Origin: Blepharisma stoltei ATCC 30299
Lineage: Eukaryota; Protista; Ciliophora
Assembly (NCBI GenBank): GCA_965603825.1
Contig: CBFDEM010000048.1
Coordinates: forward strand, 310,001-374,000
Length of the DNA stretch: 64,000 nucleotides
Direction: 5' to 3'
Below the pieces are notes generated by a model, which saw nothing but the letters and a program-made list of their open reading frames with translations, did no database searches and was not told where the DNA came from. Position 1 is the first letter of the stretch; each line of letters opens with the position of its first letter. Below are positions 20,925-32,052 of the stretch, in pieces. The position numbers and the translations under genes were made by a program.

Positions 20925-23348
20925 TTAAGACTTAACCTCTATATGATATTTTATAACTCTTGTATGTCTTCGTTTGAATTCAGGATTGCCAGAAATAGGC
21001 GACACAGGGCTTAGCTCTCCACTGAGTTCTCTGCTTAATTCCCTGCTTATTTCTCTTGAACCGCCTGGCGATAGCATATCTTCATCAATAGAAGCTCTTG
21101 GGTTTCGGTCATTTCTGTCATGGCTTAGGCTTTGAATATAAACTCTAGCTAGGTTGCTTAATTCTCCTTGGCCTCGGATCAAAATTCTGACTGAGCCTTC
21201 ATTTTGTTCGAAATTTAATGAAAGAATCAGCGTTGCATGGTGTCGTGGCAGATTTTGAGTATTGAGCCGATTGATTATTTTACAAATTTCTAATAAATCC
21301 GAAAGTTGCCAATTTTTCTTATTTCTTCGGAGGGAGTAAAAGAGCTTCAAGGCAAATGGTTCTCATCTGGTTGGGTTTAATTCGCATTCATTTGTTAGCT
21401 GCTCATTTAAGCATCTTTGAGAGCTGATTTCTCTGAATTTGCTTCTTGATAAGCAAAGAGGAATTCTCGCTAGCATTGCAATTCCATACTTTCCATAATA
21501 TATATTTGTTATCTCTTTTGCTTCTTCACTGCTATTAAGTAAATTGCTTCTAATCATGCTTAACGACATTTTCCTTCTGTCATACACTTGTGATAGCTCA
21601 GCTTGGTCATAATATTCATTATTTCTCTGCAATTTTTTCATGATTTTCTCAAGAAGCGCTTTTTCAGTGTTTTTAATGAATTTTTGTTTATGATTTTCAG
21701 TAGGAAGTTCCTCCACTTCTTTTTTCAAATATTCGTACATAAATTTAGGACTGATGCTTGAAGATACATTAAAAGGATAGCAAGACGACGTGGCATAAAT
21801 TTCATAAGTTCCTTTTTTATATTCTTTTACTATTTTTCTGAATTTATTAAGTGTGCATTCATCAAACATTCCATAATAAAACAAAAACTGCTGGAATGTG
21901 ACAGAGTCAATAAACCCTTTCCAAAACTCTTGCATTTTACAGTTAGAGCACAAAGAAACGTCTTTGATAAAATCGTCTTCTTGGAAATCAAAAAGTTTAG
22001 TCTCTTCTGAGTACTTCAAATATTTAGAGAAATTGCCTATTCCTTCAATAAACACTTCTAGGAAAGAGTGCCTTACCAGTGATACAAAAATTTGTTCTCT
22101 TTCGTCACTTTCTATTGGTTCTAATAGTTTTCTGGCAGTATTTACAAATAGTGGATCTTTTATATTTTTTTCTAAAGTGTTCATTCTAAAAGTATTCAGT
22201 CTTCCTCGGTTTACATAATAATAAGCTTTGGCAAGCTGTAGTTTTTTGCTCAGCTTTGCTTTAACACAATTGCAAAGGAGCGGCTCTGACTGAGAATACA
22301 AAATATTTGAATCCACGTCTAGTATGGTCGCTTCAGGGTCTTTTGCAACTGCTTCTTCTTTAGAAATTTGTTTACTATTAAATCCAATCAAAATAGGCGT
22401 AGGGGTTTGCATGTAATCTGTTAAGTGAGAACTGAGCACTGGGACATAATTCATTGTCCAGGTCATTGGGAATAGTATGATTTTAAATGCTTCTAAAATC
22501 AAAAAAAGTAAATATTCATTCCCACTATGGATAAAAGCGTGCTTGCTTAGTAGCAAACTTTCTCAGAACTCAATAATATTTCTTATATCTATCAAGTCCA
22601 TTAGAACTGCTACACAGCTTTCATTATAGCTGAACCTTGATTTATTTTCTAGCGGTAAAGGAATTGTTTGGTTTCCTACTTTAATTGTGTAATTTATGTC
22701 GTTCGGTGGGATTATTGTATCATTTAGTAAAAAAAAGCAATTCCTTAAGAACTCTGTAGACCCAAGCAGCAAATTTTCTTGCTGCACCATTTCTCACGTA
22801 TGAACATACACTTTTTCTAAAATATTCCTGAATAAGTCTATGTAGTTGCTATTAGTCAACAAGCATAATGCGACTGGGATATAATAAGAGATATCATTTT
22901 CAGTATGATTGTTTTCTTCTTCTGTGTTTCTAGGGACGAATTCTAACAAGTTCTTAGGAATTCTTCTTTCCTTTGAACTTTCAATTATACTTGGGTTTAT
23001 TTTTTCATAGGTAATTAAACAGTGGATGTGGGTAAAGTAGCCTTTTTCGCTTGTAATTGTGGTTGAAAAAAATGCTGGAGGCAGTGGATTGGATTCAAGG
23101 GTGATGATTCTATCAGTAAAAATCATCTATGTTGGGGTTACGTTTATTTGGTCTTGTGAGAACACTTTTGAGTCTTTTGAAGATGGAGGCAATTTTGCAA
23201 GGACTTCAGGAGTTCCTTCTAGTTTTCCTTCGATGAAAATGTCTAAATGTTAGCTACTTCTAAGGGATTTTGTGGATAAGCCGAGAACGATGATTGAGTC
23301 AACTAATTTGATAGGAGGTGGGTGTTTTTCTTCAAATAGGTTTTCCAT
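20925..23348 (-). CDS. DENN-domain Rab GEF (2 tiny introns, 3 TGA codons)
   Basis: LVDSIIVLG (uDENN), ALCLLT, LFPMTW..YVPVL..DYMQTPTPILIG (cDENN), F.DSVTFQQF (dDENN). Introns 23243-23257 and 23127-23141 remove in-frame stops. Confidence 0.88.
23127..23141 (-). other. 15-nt spliceosomal intron GTAACCCCAACATAG
   Basis: Ends in an in-frame TAG; removal restores the DENN frame; A at -6. Confidence 0.85.
23243..23257 (-). other. 15-nt spliceosomal intron GTAGCTAACATTTAG
   Basis: Contains an in-frame TAA; removal restores the frame; A at -6. Confidence 0.85.
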
Positions 23349-23750
23349 ATTATGAATGATAATCTTCTGATATAATAATTATAGAACTAAATTTTTTTGT
23401 AGCTGTCAATTCTCTTTATATAAATAGTAATCCATAATAAAGTTTTCTCAGCTATCAATTGTGATACTTTATATTATTCCTATTATGATGAAATCTATTT
23501 AATAGGCATATCATCAATTAAATTTAAATATTTGAATGAAAAAATGTGTCTGATGAACTAATTGTTCTATAATTAAGTTAAGTAACTATCAATAAATTGA
23601 TTATACCCTACAGCTAATTCGCTTGTCTTTAATAGCCTAAACCTATAGCTAATTGAAAAAAATTTATTTAGCTCTGATAATTTCAGTTTTTTATGACTAA
23701 CAGAATTAATAGCAAATAGTTTTCACTGTAATAATTTTTGTTGGCAAAAA

Positions 23751-26700
23751 ATGAGTGAGTCAGGTAAAGATCAGGATTCAGATCAAGAAAAAAGCATTTC
23801 TGAAGAATCCATTGGAAGTGAAGCCCCAATTAAAACTGCTAATGAAATAGACCAAAAGTCTAATGAATCTGAACCTATAGACTCGAATAATGGGGAAAGC
23901 AGATATCCTGAAATCGAAAATATACCTGAACAGCCTGTTAAACCAGATCCTCCTAAAGTGCCTGATAATGTCCAACAGCCTCAAAATCCTGCTCCTGCAG
24001 AGCCTGCAGGGTCCTTGCTATCACAGCCTGCTGATTTAGAACTTTCAAAAACCCATGGGGTAAGTTATTACATAGAACGCTCAAAAGGTTTACAAATTTG
24101 ACGAAGATTACTTTAAAAGTAGTGAAAGATGCCCTTGCTGCAATTTTCCATCCGACGGCAATAAGTTTCCATTATGCGCTGCTCTAGATAGTCTAAATCA
24201 GCTTGGTGCAGGCTTCCCTCTATACTTCTGATTTTTGAGATATTCTTTAGGAGCTGTTTTTATTTTATTTTCAATTGCAGGAATTGCCTGCTTGATTGGA
24301 AATATTGTAGCTGACAAACACGAGCAATGAAAAGATTCCAGCACTGTCACTATTTTAACTCCCGCAAACTATGGAAATCCTTATTTAAGTGATAGTGAAC
24401 GTATGGAATATGGATATGGTGACTGGGAAGCTGTTCCAATGTGGCAATCTTTACTGCATTTGTTTGCAGGGATCGCTTTAATGATATATTATCCTTGGAT
24501 TGATAAAAAAACTAAAGAAAGAGCTGTAGAAATTGACATCGACTTAACAACTCCTTCTGATTTTACGCTCTGGGTTAAAGGACTTCCGAAATCTTATACA
24601 AAAGAAGAACTTTCTGAGCATTTTCGAAAAAACGGCAATGATGAAAATACAAATATTGAAATAGTTAACATAGTTCTTACTCATGACATAAAACTTTTTA
24701 CAAAAATAACTAGAGAATTAGTCTGGTGGAAAATTAGAGAATCTTATCTCAGAGAATATCAACATTTTTATCCTGGCTCTTTTCCCGAAAGAAAATCTTG
24801 TGGCTGTATAAAGAAAAAAACTATCACTCTTGAAGATTGCGCAGAAAAAATCCAAGAATTGACAGAAAAGCAACAAGAGCTTTTAAGCATGCTGAATTCT
24901 GGAAATCTTGCCCCTAGTGCTTTTATTACGTTTAGGACTCAGCAACAAACTCGAGGAGTGGACAATAAATGAAACCGCTCAAACCTTCAGCAGCTATTTG
25001 ATAGATTTTTAAACTGTTTTCGGCGCAATCATTTGACTAAATTTAAAGGCTGCTATCTGACAGCTTCTTTAGCTCCTGAGCCCACCGACGTATTCTGGGA
25101 GAATTTATCAAGGACCACTTCTGAAAGGATAATAAAAAGATTCCAAACCTGGATCATCAGCGCAATTGCAATTTTTGTAACTTTTATTACAATATATTTT
25201 ATCAATGATTACCAGCAAAGTATGTATGATGACCAAAAAGATTCAGATCACTCTAGTAATGGTACTAAGACTGCATCAGTTTTTCTTTCATTGCTGGTAG
25301 TTTTTATTAACTTTGTGTTAGGGAGATTGATAAGGATTTTTTCAGCCCATGAATCTCATCAGACTTGGACACTTTTTAATGTGAGTGTGGCTGATATGCT
25401 TATTTTGTCGATGTCAATTAATACTGGACTTATTCCTATCATCTTGACTAGTGAGCATGCAGAAAGGTGGTTTATCCCTGGAGGACTGGCGACTCAGATG
25501 ACATATATTTTGATTATTAACGCTTGTTTAGCACCTATTATAAACTTTATTAGCCCAATGTATTGCTTAAAGGTAATTAGAAGGTTTTTTGTCAGAAGGT
25601 CAATGGAAAAAGGTAAACTGAAGATGAGTCAAGGAGATGCCAATGTTTTATTCGAAGGTCCACAAATAGACTTGGCAGTAAGATATGCAAATGTGATAAA
25701 AACATTAATTGTTACCTTTTTCTATGCTCCATTAATCCCAATTGGAATTCCTATATCATTTTTTGGCATCACTTTTGAGTATTTAGTCACAAAGTATATG
25801 CTTCTAAGAAAATACACACGGCCAAAAGAGCATAATGCTGAATTGGCATTTGAAATGAACGAATGGTTGAAATGGGTAGCTTTTTCTCATGCTGTAAAAT
25901 TTATGTAGCTTGGGGTTATCATATTTTATTACAACTTCCCTGACTCAAATAGTGACCCTGCAAAACTTTTAATTGCAGCTGCATGTCTCTATATAATTTT
26001 ACCTTTAAAAGCTTTAGGGCATGCACTCTGCAAATACGACTCAAATTCAATACTTAAAAGAATTTTAGCAGAAAATGACCCAAAAAATGACTATTTTAAG
26101 CAACTCCCTTTATTTTACACTGTAAGAATAAAGCAGGATTATGAAAGGGAAAACCCAATCACTCATGATGAAGGGTGGAGAAAATGGAATGAATTCATGA
26201 AAATAGAAAATAAAGAAAAAACAAATATTGCGGGTAAGATTAATTTAGACACTTTTAATAATTATGTTGCGAGAAGGGCACCATGTGAAGCTTTTGTAAA
26301 TGTACTCCTTGGCAATAATGTTGGAGGAAATAGAGGAAATCCAGATGAAATGTATAGAAATATGGCGTATGGAGTTAGACGTGCAATTCCTGGATTAGAA
26401 AATGGTGCTCAGCCGACTGTAGGACAGTTTACAAGGCTATTTTCACCGCAAAATACTGCAGGAGGAGTCTTGGTTTCAAATAAGCATGTTGACCCTACCC
26501 AAATCCAGTACCAAGGAAATCAGCCAAACCCAATACAATACCAAGTTCCTCTGGGATATCAATCATACCCACAATCTTATCCAGGCTATCAATATCCAGT
26601 TCAAAGCCAAATAAGTATTCCTCAGCAGCCTCCAGCAATGATGCCTCCTCAACCTCAATATTCGCAAGGCTATCCAGGAGTTCAATATGACCCAAGATTT

Positions 26701-26772
26701 AGTCAGCCTTATTATTTATATCAAAACTCTACGAATTATAATCCTGAATATAGACCTCCAAATGATATTTAA
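23751..26772 (+). CDS. OSCA/TMEM63 (CSC1)-like membrane channel (3 tiny introns, 3 TGA codons)
   Basis: After splicing: CPCC..LGAGFPLYF, TPSDFTLWVKGLP, AFITF, APEPTDVFWENL, YAPLIP, KYMLLR, TDYERENP; Gln/Pro/Tyr-rich tail. Confidence 0.85.
24060..24075 (+). other. 16-nt intron GTAAGTTATTACATAG
   Basis: Removal shifts into the frame of the downstream 24403 ORF; A at -6. Confidence 0.85.
25894..25908 (+). other. 15-nt intron GTAAAATTTATGTAG
   Basis: Its 3' TAG is the apparent stop; removal continues the hydrophobic helix and joins ORF 26197. Confidence 0.85.
26122..26136 (+). other. Probable 15-nt stop-free in-frame intron GTAAGAATAAAGCAG
   Basis: Same consensus (GTAA...A at -6...AG). Removal gives FYTDYERENP, but it is not needed to keep the frame. 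Confidence 0.65.
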
Positions 26773-27508
26773 AACCGGGTTATATATACTAAGAAATCGA
26801 TAATAATTTTATATTATTAATTTTTTTAAAATGGTATGCGAAATTAGCTTATGCTGAAAATCTGATAAATAAATTTAAATTATTTATTTTGAGATTATAT
26901 TAAGCCTCTTAAATGCTAGAACTCTTATACATAAATTTTTATACGCTGGAGATTTTAATAATTTTCCTTATCGAATAAAGATTGCTATTTCATGGGCATC
27001 TCTGCCTGTTTATCCTCGAGACCTTAATAAAATTGTTCTTGCCTTATCATCATAAAATTATAATTTTTATTTAAATCTCTACCCTTGAATAGGCTTTTAA
27101 GACATATTTGATGTTCCTGTTGAATAATTCCCATAATTTATCTCGATATGCATAATTAAATCCCATCCCTATTTTATACGAAACTCCCAGAACATTTCAA
27201 AGCCCATCATTTTAAAAATAAAAGTAGATTATTTCTTTTTATCACTTTCTCCCAATTTTTCGCATCTATCCCAACCTTATTTTCGCTTTTCATTTTTATA
27301 TTTAATCAGACAATTATTATTTAACTCACCACAAATCTAAGAATTCTCCAACCATCGCTGAAAATAAAATTTAAAAATCGTCAGCAGAAGGCTATACGTG
27401 AATTCTGTTAATTAAGCCAGTTTATTTCTAATCAGAACCGATCAGTTAAAATGCATATGACGAACTTATTAATCTGTTCATAATAAAAAATTCCCAGACT
27501 ACTAAGTC

Positions 27509-28786
27509 ATGAACGGAATTCGTTTTCTCATTGGATCAGAAAAAGTCCAAACAATTGATCGTCCAGATTCATTTTCAGCGCTCCGCAACCTTGCCGAAAA
27601 GAAAGTCCCTAACTATCAGATATTACAAATTGCTTATGAAGACCCTGATGGTGACCATATCACAATCCTAGGTGACGCAGACCTCATTGAAGCCAAAAAG
27701 ACCGGAAAAAAACTCAATGGGTTCTTATTGCTTTACCTCAAGGGCAATAGGTTGACAGAAAGCTTCATGACCCAAAGCACCAGGTCAGAATCATACCCTG
27801 ATGTTGAGGTAATTGAAGATGGGCCTCCAGCTCCGCAGTCATTGCCGGCACCATTTGAAAAGGAAGATTTCAATGTCCCTTGCTATGCTTGTGGAGGAAA
27901 ATTTGATAGATGCGGAATTTGCTTAGGAAATGGAGTTCTTGATTCCAGACAAGATCCGAAGCTTAATACCATTGTGGCATTAATCAGAAATGAAATGCAA
28001 AATTACTTGCCAAAACTCCTGAATGCAATAGAAAGCAGTAAATCTGAAGTTGTCCATCAAAATGTTACCTGTGATTCATGTGGGATGTCACCCATTATAG
28101 GACACAGATATAAATGTTCTGTTTGCCAAAACTTCGATTTTTGTGGCAAGTGTGAAGCAAATGCCCAGCACGAGCATCCATTTATTAAAATTCGTACCCC
28201 AGAGCAAGTCCCAAAAACCATTATCTGTGCGGTTGATGAAACAGAAGCAAAGTCAAAGCCAAAAGCAAAAAAGCCAGCACCTGCGAAATGCAAAAACAGA
28301 CAATGCGAAGCAGAGACAAGGCTTCTTTGTAGGTTCGTAAAAGATGTAGTTGGACACGAAGGCGACAAAATCACAGCAAACACTAATTTTATCAAGGTTT
28401 GGAGACTTAGAAATGAAGGAAAAAATCCATGGCCAAATGGCTGTAAGTTGGTGTGCATCAATGGTGACTTCACTGGACGAGACATACCGCTACCCCCTCT
28501 TATGCCAGGTGAAGAAGAAGACATCACCGCCAACTGTACTTCTCCATCTGAAGAAGGCAGATATACCTCCTACTGGAGAGCTGTTGATCCTGAAGGTTCA
28601 AGATTCGGGCAAAGAGTATGGATCACCATCAACGTCGTAAAACCCAAAGAAGAATTTGACAACAAAGTCCAAACCCTCATGGACATGTTCAACAACCCAG
28701 AAATCGTCAGAATGGCTCTTGAAAAGACTGGAGGTGACCTTGTGAAAGCTACTGAAGCTTTATTGAGTGGAAGCGTCATTAAATAA
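27509..28786 (+). CDS. NBR1: NBR1/p62-like selective autophagy receptor (PB1-ZZ-FW-UBA)
   Basis: YEDPDGDHITI (PB1), H..VTCDSC...IIG.RYKCSVC.NFDFC..CE (ZZ), F.KVWRLRN.G..W...YTSYWR...FGQRVW (FW), C-terminal UBA-like helices. Confidence 0.88.
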   Translation: MNGIRFLIGSEKVQTIDRPDSFSALRNLAEKKVPNYQILQIAYEDPDGDHITILGDADLIEAKKTGKKLNGFLLLYLKGNRLTESFMTQSTRSESYPDVEVIEDGPPAPQSLPAPFEKEDFNVPCYACGGKFDRCGICLGNGVLDSRQDPKLNTIVALIRNEMQNYLPKLLNAIESSKSEVVHQNVTCDSCGMSPIIGHRYKCSVCQNFDFCGKCEANAQHEHPFIKIRTPEQVPKTIICAVDETEAKSKPKAKKPAPAKCKNRQCEAETRLLCRFVKDVVGHEGDKITANTNFIKVWRLRNEGKNPWPNGCKLVCINGDFTGRDIPLPPLMPGEEEDITANCTSPSEEGRYTSYWRAVDPEGSRFGQRVWITINVVKPKEEFDNKVQTLMDMFNNPEIVRMALEKTGGDLVKATEALLSGSVIK

Positions 28787-28848
28787 AAGGTCTTTAGAAT
28801 ATATAAATAATAGCTGATTTTAAATATTCTTCCAAATTCAAATAGTAA

Positions 28849-29940
28849 ATGGAGGAATTGAAAGAAATCATAATTAGAACCCTGGATTCTGCAGGCGTTC
28901 TTGATAAAATAAGGGCTCAGCTCAGGTTGAATGTATTTAAAGCAGTGCAAAATGACGAGGGGAAGATTCATATTGACAAATCTAAGGCAATTTCGGCAGC
29001 CCAAACACCTGAGGGAAAATTGGCAGCTTATCTCTTCAGAGATTTTATGGAATGCTACAAGATGAAATTTTCGCTGAATGTGTTTGTGCCTGAGTGCCAT
29101 TTGCTATCAATTGATGATATTCGGTCTTATCTCCAAAATGAATTGAAAATTACGCCTCCATCAGACGTCCCATACTTGACTTTTATGATACAAACAATGA
29201 TGGCCAAGCCTGAGCCAAAGCCAGCGCCTAAACTAGAGCCAAAACCTGAACAAAAGCTGAATCCTCTGCCAGCAGCTCTTGAGCCTCAAAAACAGCCAGC
29301 ACCAAAAGGAAATTTAGCTCCTCTTTCAAAACAGCCACTTCCTAACATCCCTCCCCTAAATTCCCAAAAATTAGGAAAATTCTCATCCCCTCCTGCTGAG
29401 CCATCTCCTAAAAGTGACTCTCCCCCGCCTTCTAAGCCAGCCCCAGTCTCCAAGCCTCTACAAAATATCCCTCCATTTAAAAATCAAAAACCCACCAATT
29501 TTATTGCTCCTGAAATAGACTCAGAATCAGGCTCAGAGCCTGAATTAAAAGGTCCAGAAAAAAAGCCATCAAACTACCCACCTTTTAATCAGCAAAAAGG
29601 GAAGTTTATTCCTCCTGAAATAGACTCAGGTAGTATGAGTGATTCTCCTAGAGAAGAAGACTGGAAAAAGAAGCCAAACAAGTTTGATAGTGTTGATGAG
29701 GAAAAAAAGAGGCTTCAGGATATAGATAAAAGGATACAGGAAATCAATAAAGGAGATGATATCAAAAAATTGATTGAGATTGAAGGGGATAGCCCACAGA
29801 TGAGCTATGAAGAAGATTATGAAGATCCTGGGTCTGAAGAATATTATGAAGAAAGATATTCGGAGGACGAAATATATGACTCAGTAATGATAGAGGATTA
29901 TGATGTAAGAGAACCGGTGGAACTAGTTCAATTTGATTAA
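28849..29940 (+). CDS. CEP43: Centriolar protein FOP/CEP43-like
   Basis: L..TL...GVLDKIRAQLR..VF...DFME.Y....SL.VF.PE (TOF/LisH), Pro-rich middle, acidic C-terminus. Confidence 0.75.
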   Translation: MEELKEIIIRTLDSAGVLDKIRAQLRLNVFKAVQNDEGKIHIDKSKAISAAQTPEGKLAAYLFRDFMECYKMKFSLNVFVPECHLLSIDDIRSYLQNELKITPPSDVPYLTFMIQTMMAKPEPKPAPKLEPKPEQKLNPLPAALEPQKQPAPKGNLAPLSKQPLPNIPPLNSQKLGKFSSPPAEPSPKSDSPPPSKPAPVSKPLQNIPPFKNQKPTNFIAPEIDSESGSEPELKGPEKKPSNYPPFNQQKGKFIPPEIDSGSMSDSPREEDWKKKPNKFDSVDEEKKRLQDIDKRIQEINKGDDIKKLIEIEGDSPQMSYEEDYEDPGSEEYYEERYSEDEIYDSVMIEDYDVREPVELVQFD

Positions 29941-30088
29941 TAAAGAGCGTCTTGCAAACTTATAGATTAATCTAAGAAATTAAAATAATTATGAAATATA
30001 ATGATCTTTTTGAATGCTAAATAATGGCTTGTGTATATATTATGATGGATAAAGATTAACAGTTACTTTCCACAATAAATATCATAAA

Positions 30089-30886
30089 ATGAATGCAAAA
30101 TATGAAGAGCAAATTGATGAAGTTGAAGAAACTGAGAGCATAATTAAGACAGAATCTGAGTCACAGCCTAAAGAAAAGCCATCTAAACAAACTGTTGTTA
30201 AGCCAATAAGGAAATTGACAGCAAAAGAAGTAAGTAAAATGAAAATAAAAGAATTAGTATCATTCGTATGAAGTGTATGCTTAACTTTTGTCTGTCAACT
30301 GTGCATAATTTCGCTAGTTGGTGGTCTTTTGCTTATTAGTGATACCTTAAAAAGTGCTTTGCAGGGCTGGCTTAGTATTTTGGTATGCCTTGGCGCTTTG
30401 CTTTCTTTATATTGCACAATTCCATATGCAGCAAAACAGCTTAAAAAATCTCCAGCAGATATTGGGATTCTATCAGCATTATGCATAGTCAAACTTGGGC
30501 TATTTGCAGCAATTTTAGCGAATTATCCAATATTTTTGACATTTGTCCCAATAATTAATTTATTGGCAGTTTTTCAAACAATTGCATTTTTTGTATGAAT
30601 AAATAAATCCTTCAGCACAGACACAATAATTGTAATAATTACCATGGTATGCCTGATTTTAGCATTTTTAGGAACTGCTGAAGACTGGAATGATATTTAT
30701 TACGTGCTGGCAACGGAAATAATTATGTGAACTGTCAGTGTATTTCTGACCAAAAATTTAGCATTGATAAGTCAATGAAAAAATCCCCACATTAAGAGCG
30801 GAGATTATATATTTGCGTGTGCCGTATTGGAGTCTGAAATTATCACGAAACCAATTTTTTTAATAATTAATGGCGCTAAAAAGTAA
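30089..30886 (+). CDS. Divergent multi-TM protein, Bax-inhibitor-1/TMBIM-like (4 TGA codons)
   Basis: One frame with about 6-7 hydrophobic segments. FVWSVCLTFVCQL and DYIFACAVLESEII resemble TMBIM termini. Confidence 0.6.
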
Positions 30887-30916
30887 TTATTTGCAAATAA
30901 ATCATTAAAATTACAT

Positions 30917-31630
30917 ATGGGCTCTATGTCAATTATCAATATAGCTGTTTTATTCCAAATATTTTGCGTTCTTTCTCAAGCAAGAGATGTGCAATGGAAT
31001 TCAGTTAATCCTTACTCAGAGAATTCTCCCAAACTAGAAGCTGACAATAAAATAGCAATTTTTACTGCGCTTGAGAAAATCCCCAAGGACGATAAAAGGT
31101 TTATCACTTTTTCAGAAGCAATGAAGCTTATGATTTACAGAAACTCAAAAAACCTAATCGAGCTTGGCACAGAATGAGGGGAAGAAAAATGCACATATGA
31201 TGGATGCTCTACATCTATTTTTGGCCTATTCGCTTACGCAACAGAAAAATTCTTAATATCAGTCGACAATGACCAAAACGCAGTATATAAAGCCAAAGAA
31301 GCAACAAAATGGATTGAAGACAACGTGAGCGTCATCAAAAGTGACTCAGTTGAATTTTTAAAAAATTATGATAAGCCAATTGATTTTCTATACATTGATT
31401 CAATGGATTATGACGAAAAAATACTGGATCACATTCAACACTATCATTTAGAAGAAATAAAAGCAGCTTATAGAAAACTTCATAAATACTCAATAGTGCT
31501 ATTAGATGAAGGGAATATGGACCATGGAGGAAGTAATAAATTAGTCTACGAATATTTAGAGAATCTTGGCTGGGAGCGAGTTGTGAATAAATGGCAATAT
31601 CTTTATGTGCATAAAGACAGCCTTCTTTAG
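30917..31630 (+). CDS. Class I SAM-dependent methyltransferase (Methyltransf_24-like), bacterial-like, with N-terminal signal/anchor (TGA 31175)
   Basis: IELGT..DGCST.IF..ISVD..DSVEFL...IDFLYIDS.D..HLEEI.AA...L....IVLLD...GG. Confidence 0.82.
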
Positions 31631-31662
31631 CTTAAAATTATTATTTGAATTAATATCATATA

Positions 31663-32019
31663 ATGAGAAAAATTCTCATTATTCTTTTCTTAATCATAAT
31701 AGCAAGTTCTCAATTTGGCTTGAGGTTGACCAGAAGGCAGCTGTCAGTGTTTGATGGAAGGTACTCAAAAGTCTATATTGGCTGTGCTGGATATATTTTT
31801 GATGTCACCAATTCTCCAAGCTTCAAGCAAGGTGGGGAATATTATTATCTTAAAGGCAAAGATCTCACAATAGGCCTTGCAAAACAAAGGTTCGACTTAA
31901 AAATCTTAGAACTTGACCCTAAAAAAGTCACTCTCACAGACGAAGAAAAACTGATCCTCAAAGGCTGGACAAAGAACTTTTTAGACAAATATCCAGTTGT
32001 AGGTTACCTCATAATTTAG
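31663..32019 (+). CDS. Cytochrome b5-like heme/steroid-binding protein (MAPR family)
   Basis: Signal peptide; L..FDG....YIG..G.IFDVT....F..GG.Y....GKD.T...W...F..KYPVVG. Confidence 0.88.
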   Translation: MRKILIILFLIIIASSQFGLRLTRRQLSVFDGRYSKVYIGCAGYIFDVTNSPSFKQGGEYYYLKGKDLTIGLAKQRFDLKILELDPKKVTLTDEEKLILKGWTKNFLDKYPVVGYLII

Positions 32020-32052
32020 CTAACAATGATGCTTAATGATAAATTAGCTTAC

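Noticed and set aside
28057-29100. Long minus-strand ORFs overlapping NBR1 and FOP (and similar ones over actin and PGM)
   Set aside because: Antisense shadows with no recognisable motifs, opposite well-supported genes.
30917-31630. Bacterial contamination or chimeric assembly
   Set aside because: Host-like AT content and TGA=Trp usage, with tight packing among clearly eukaryotic genes.
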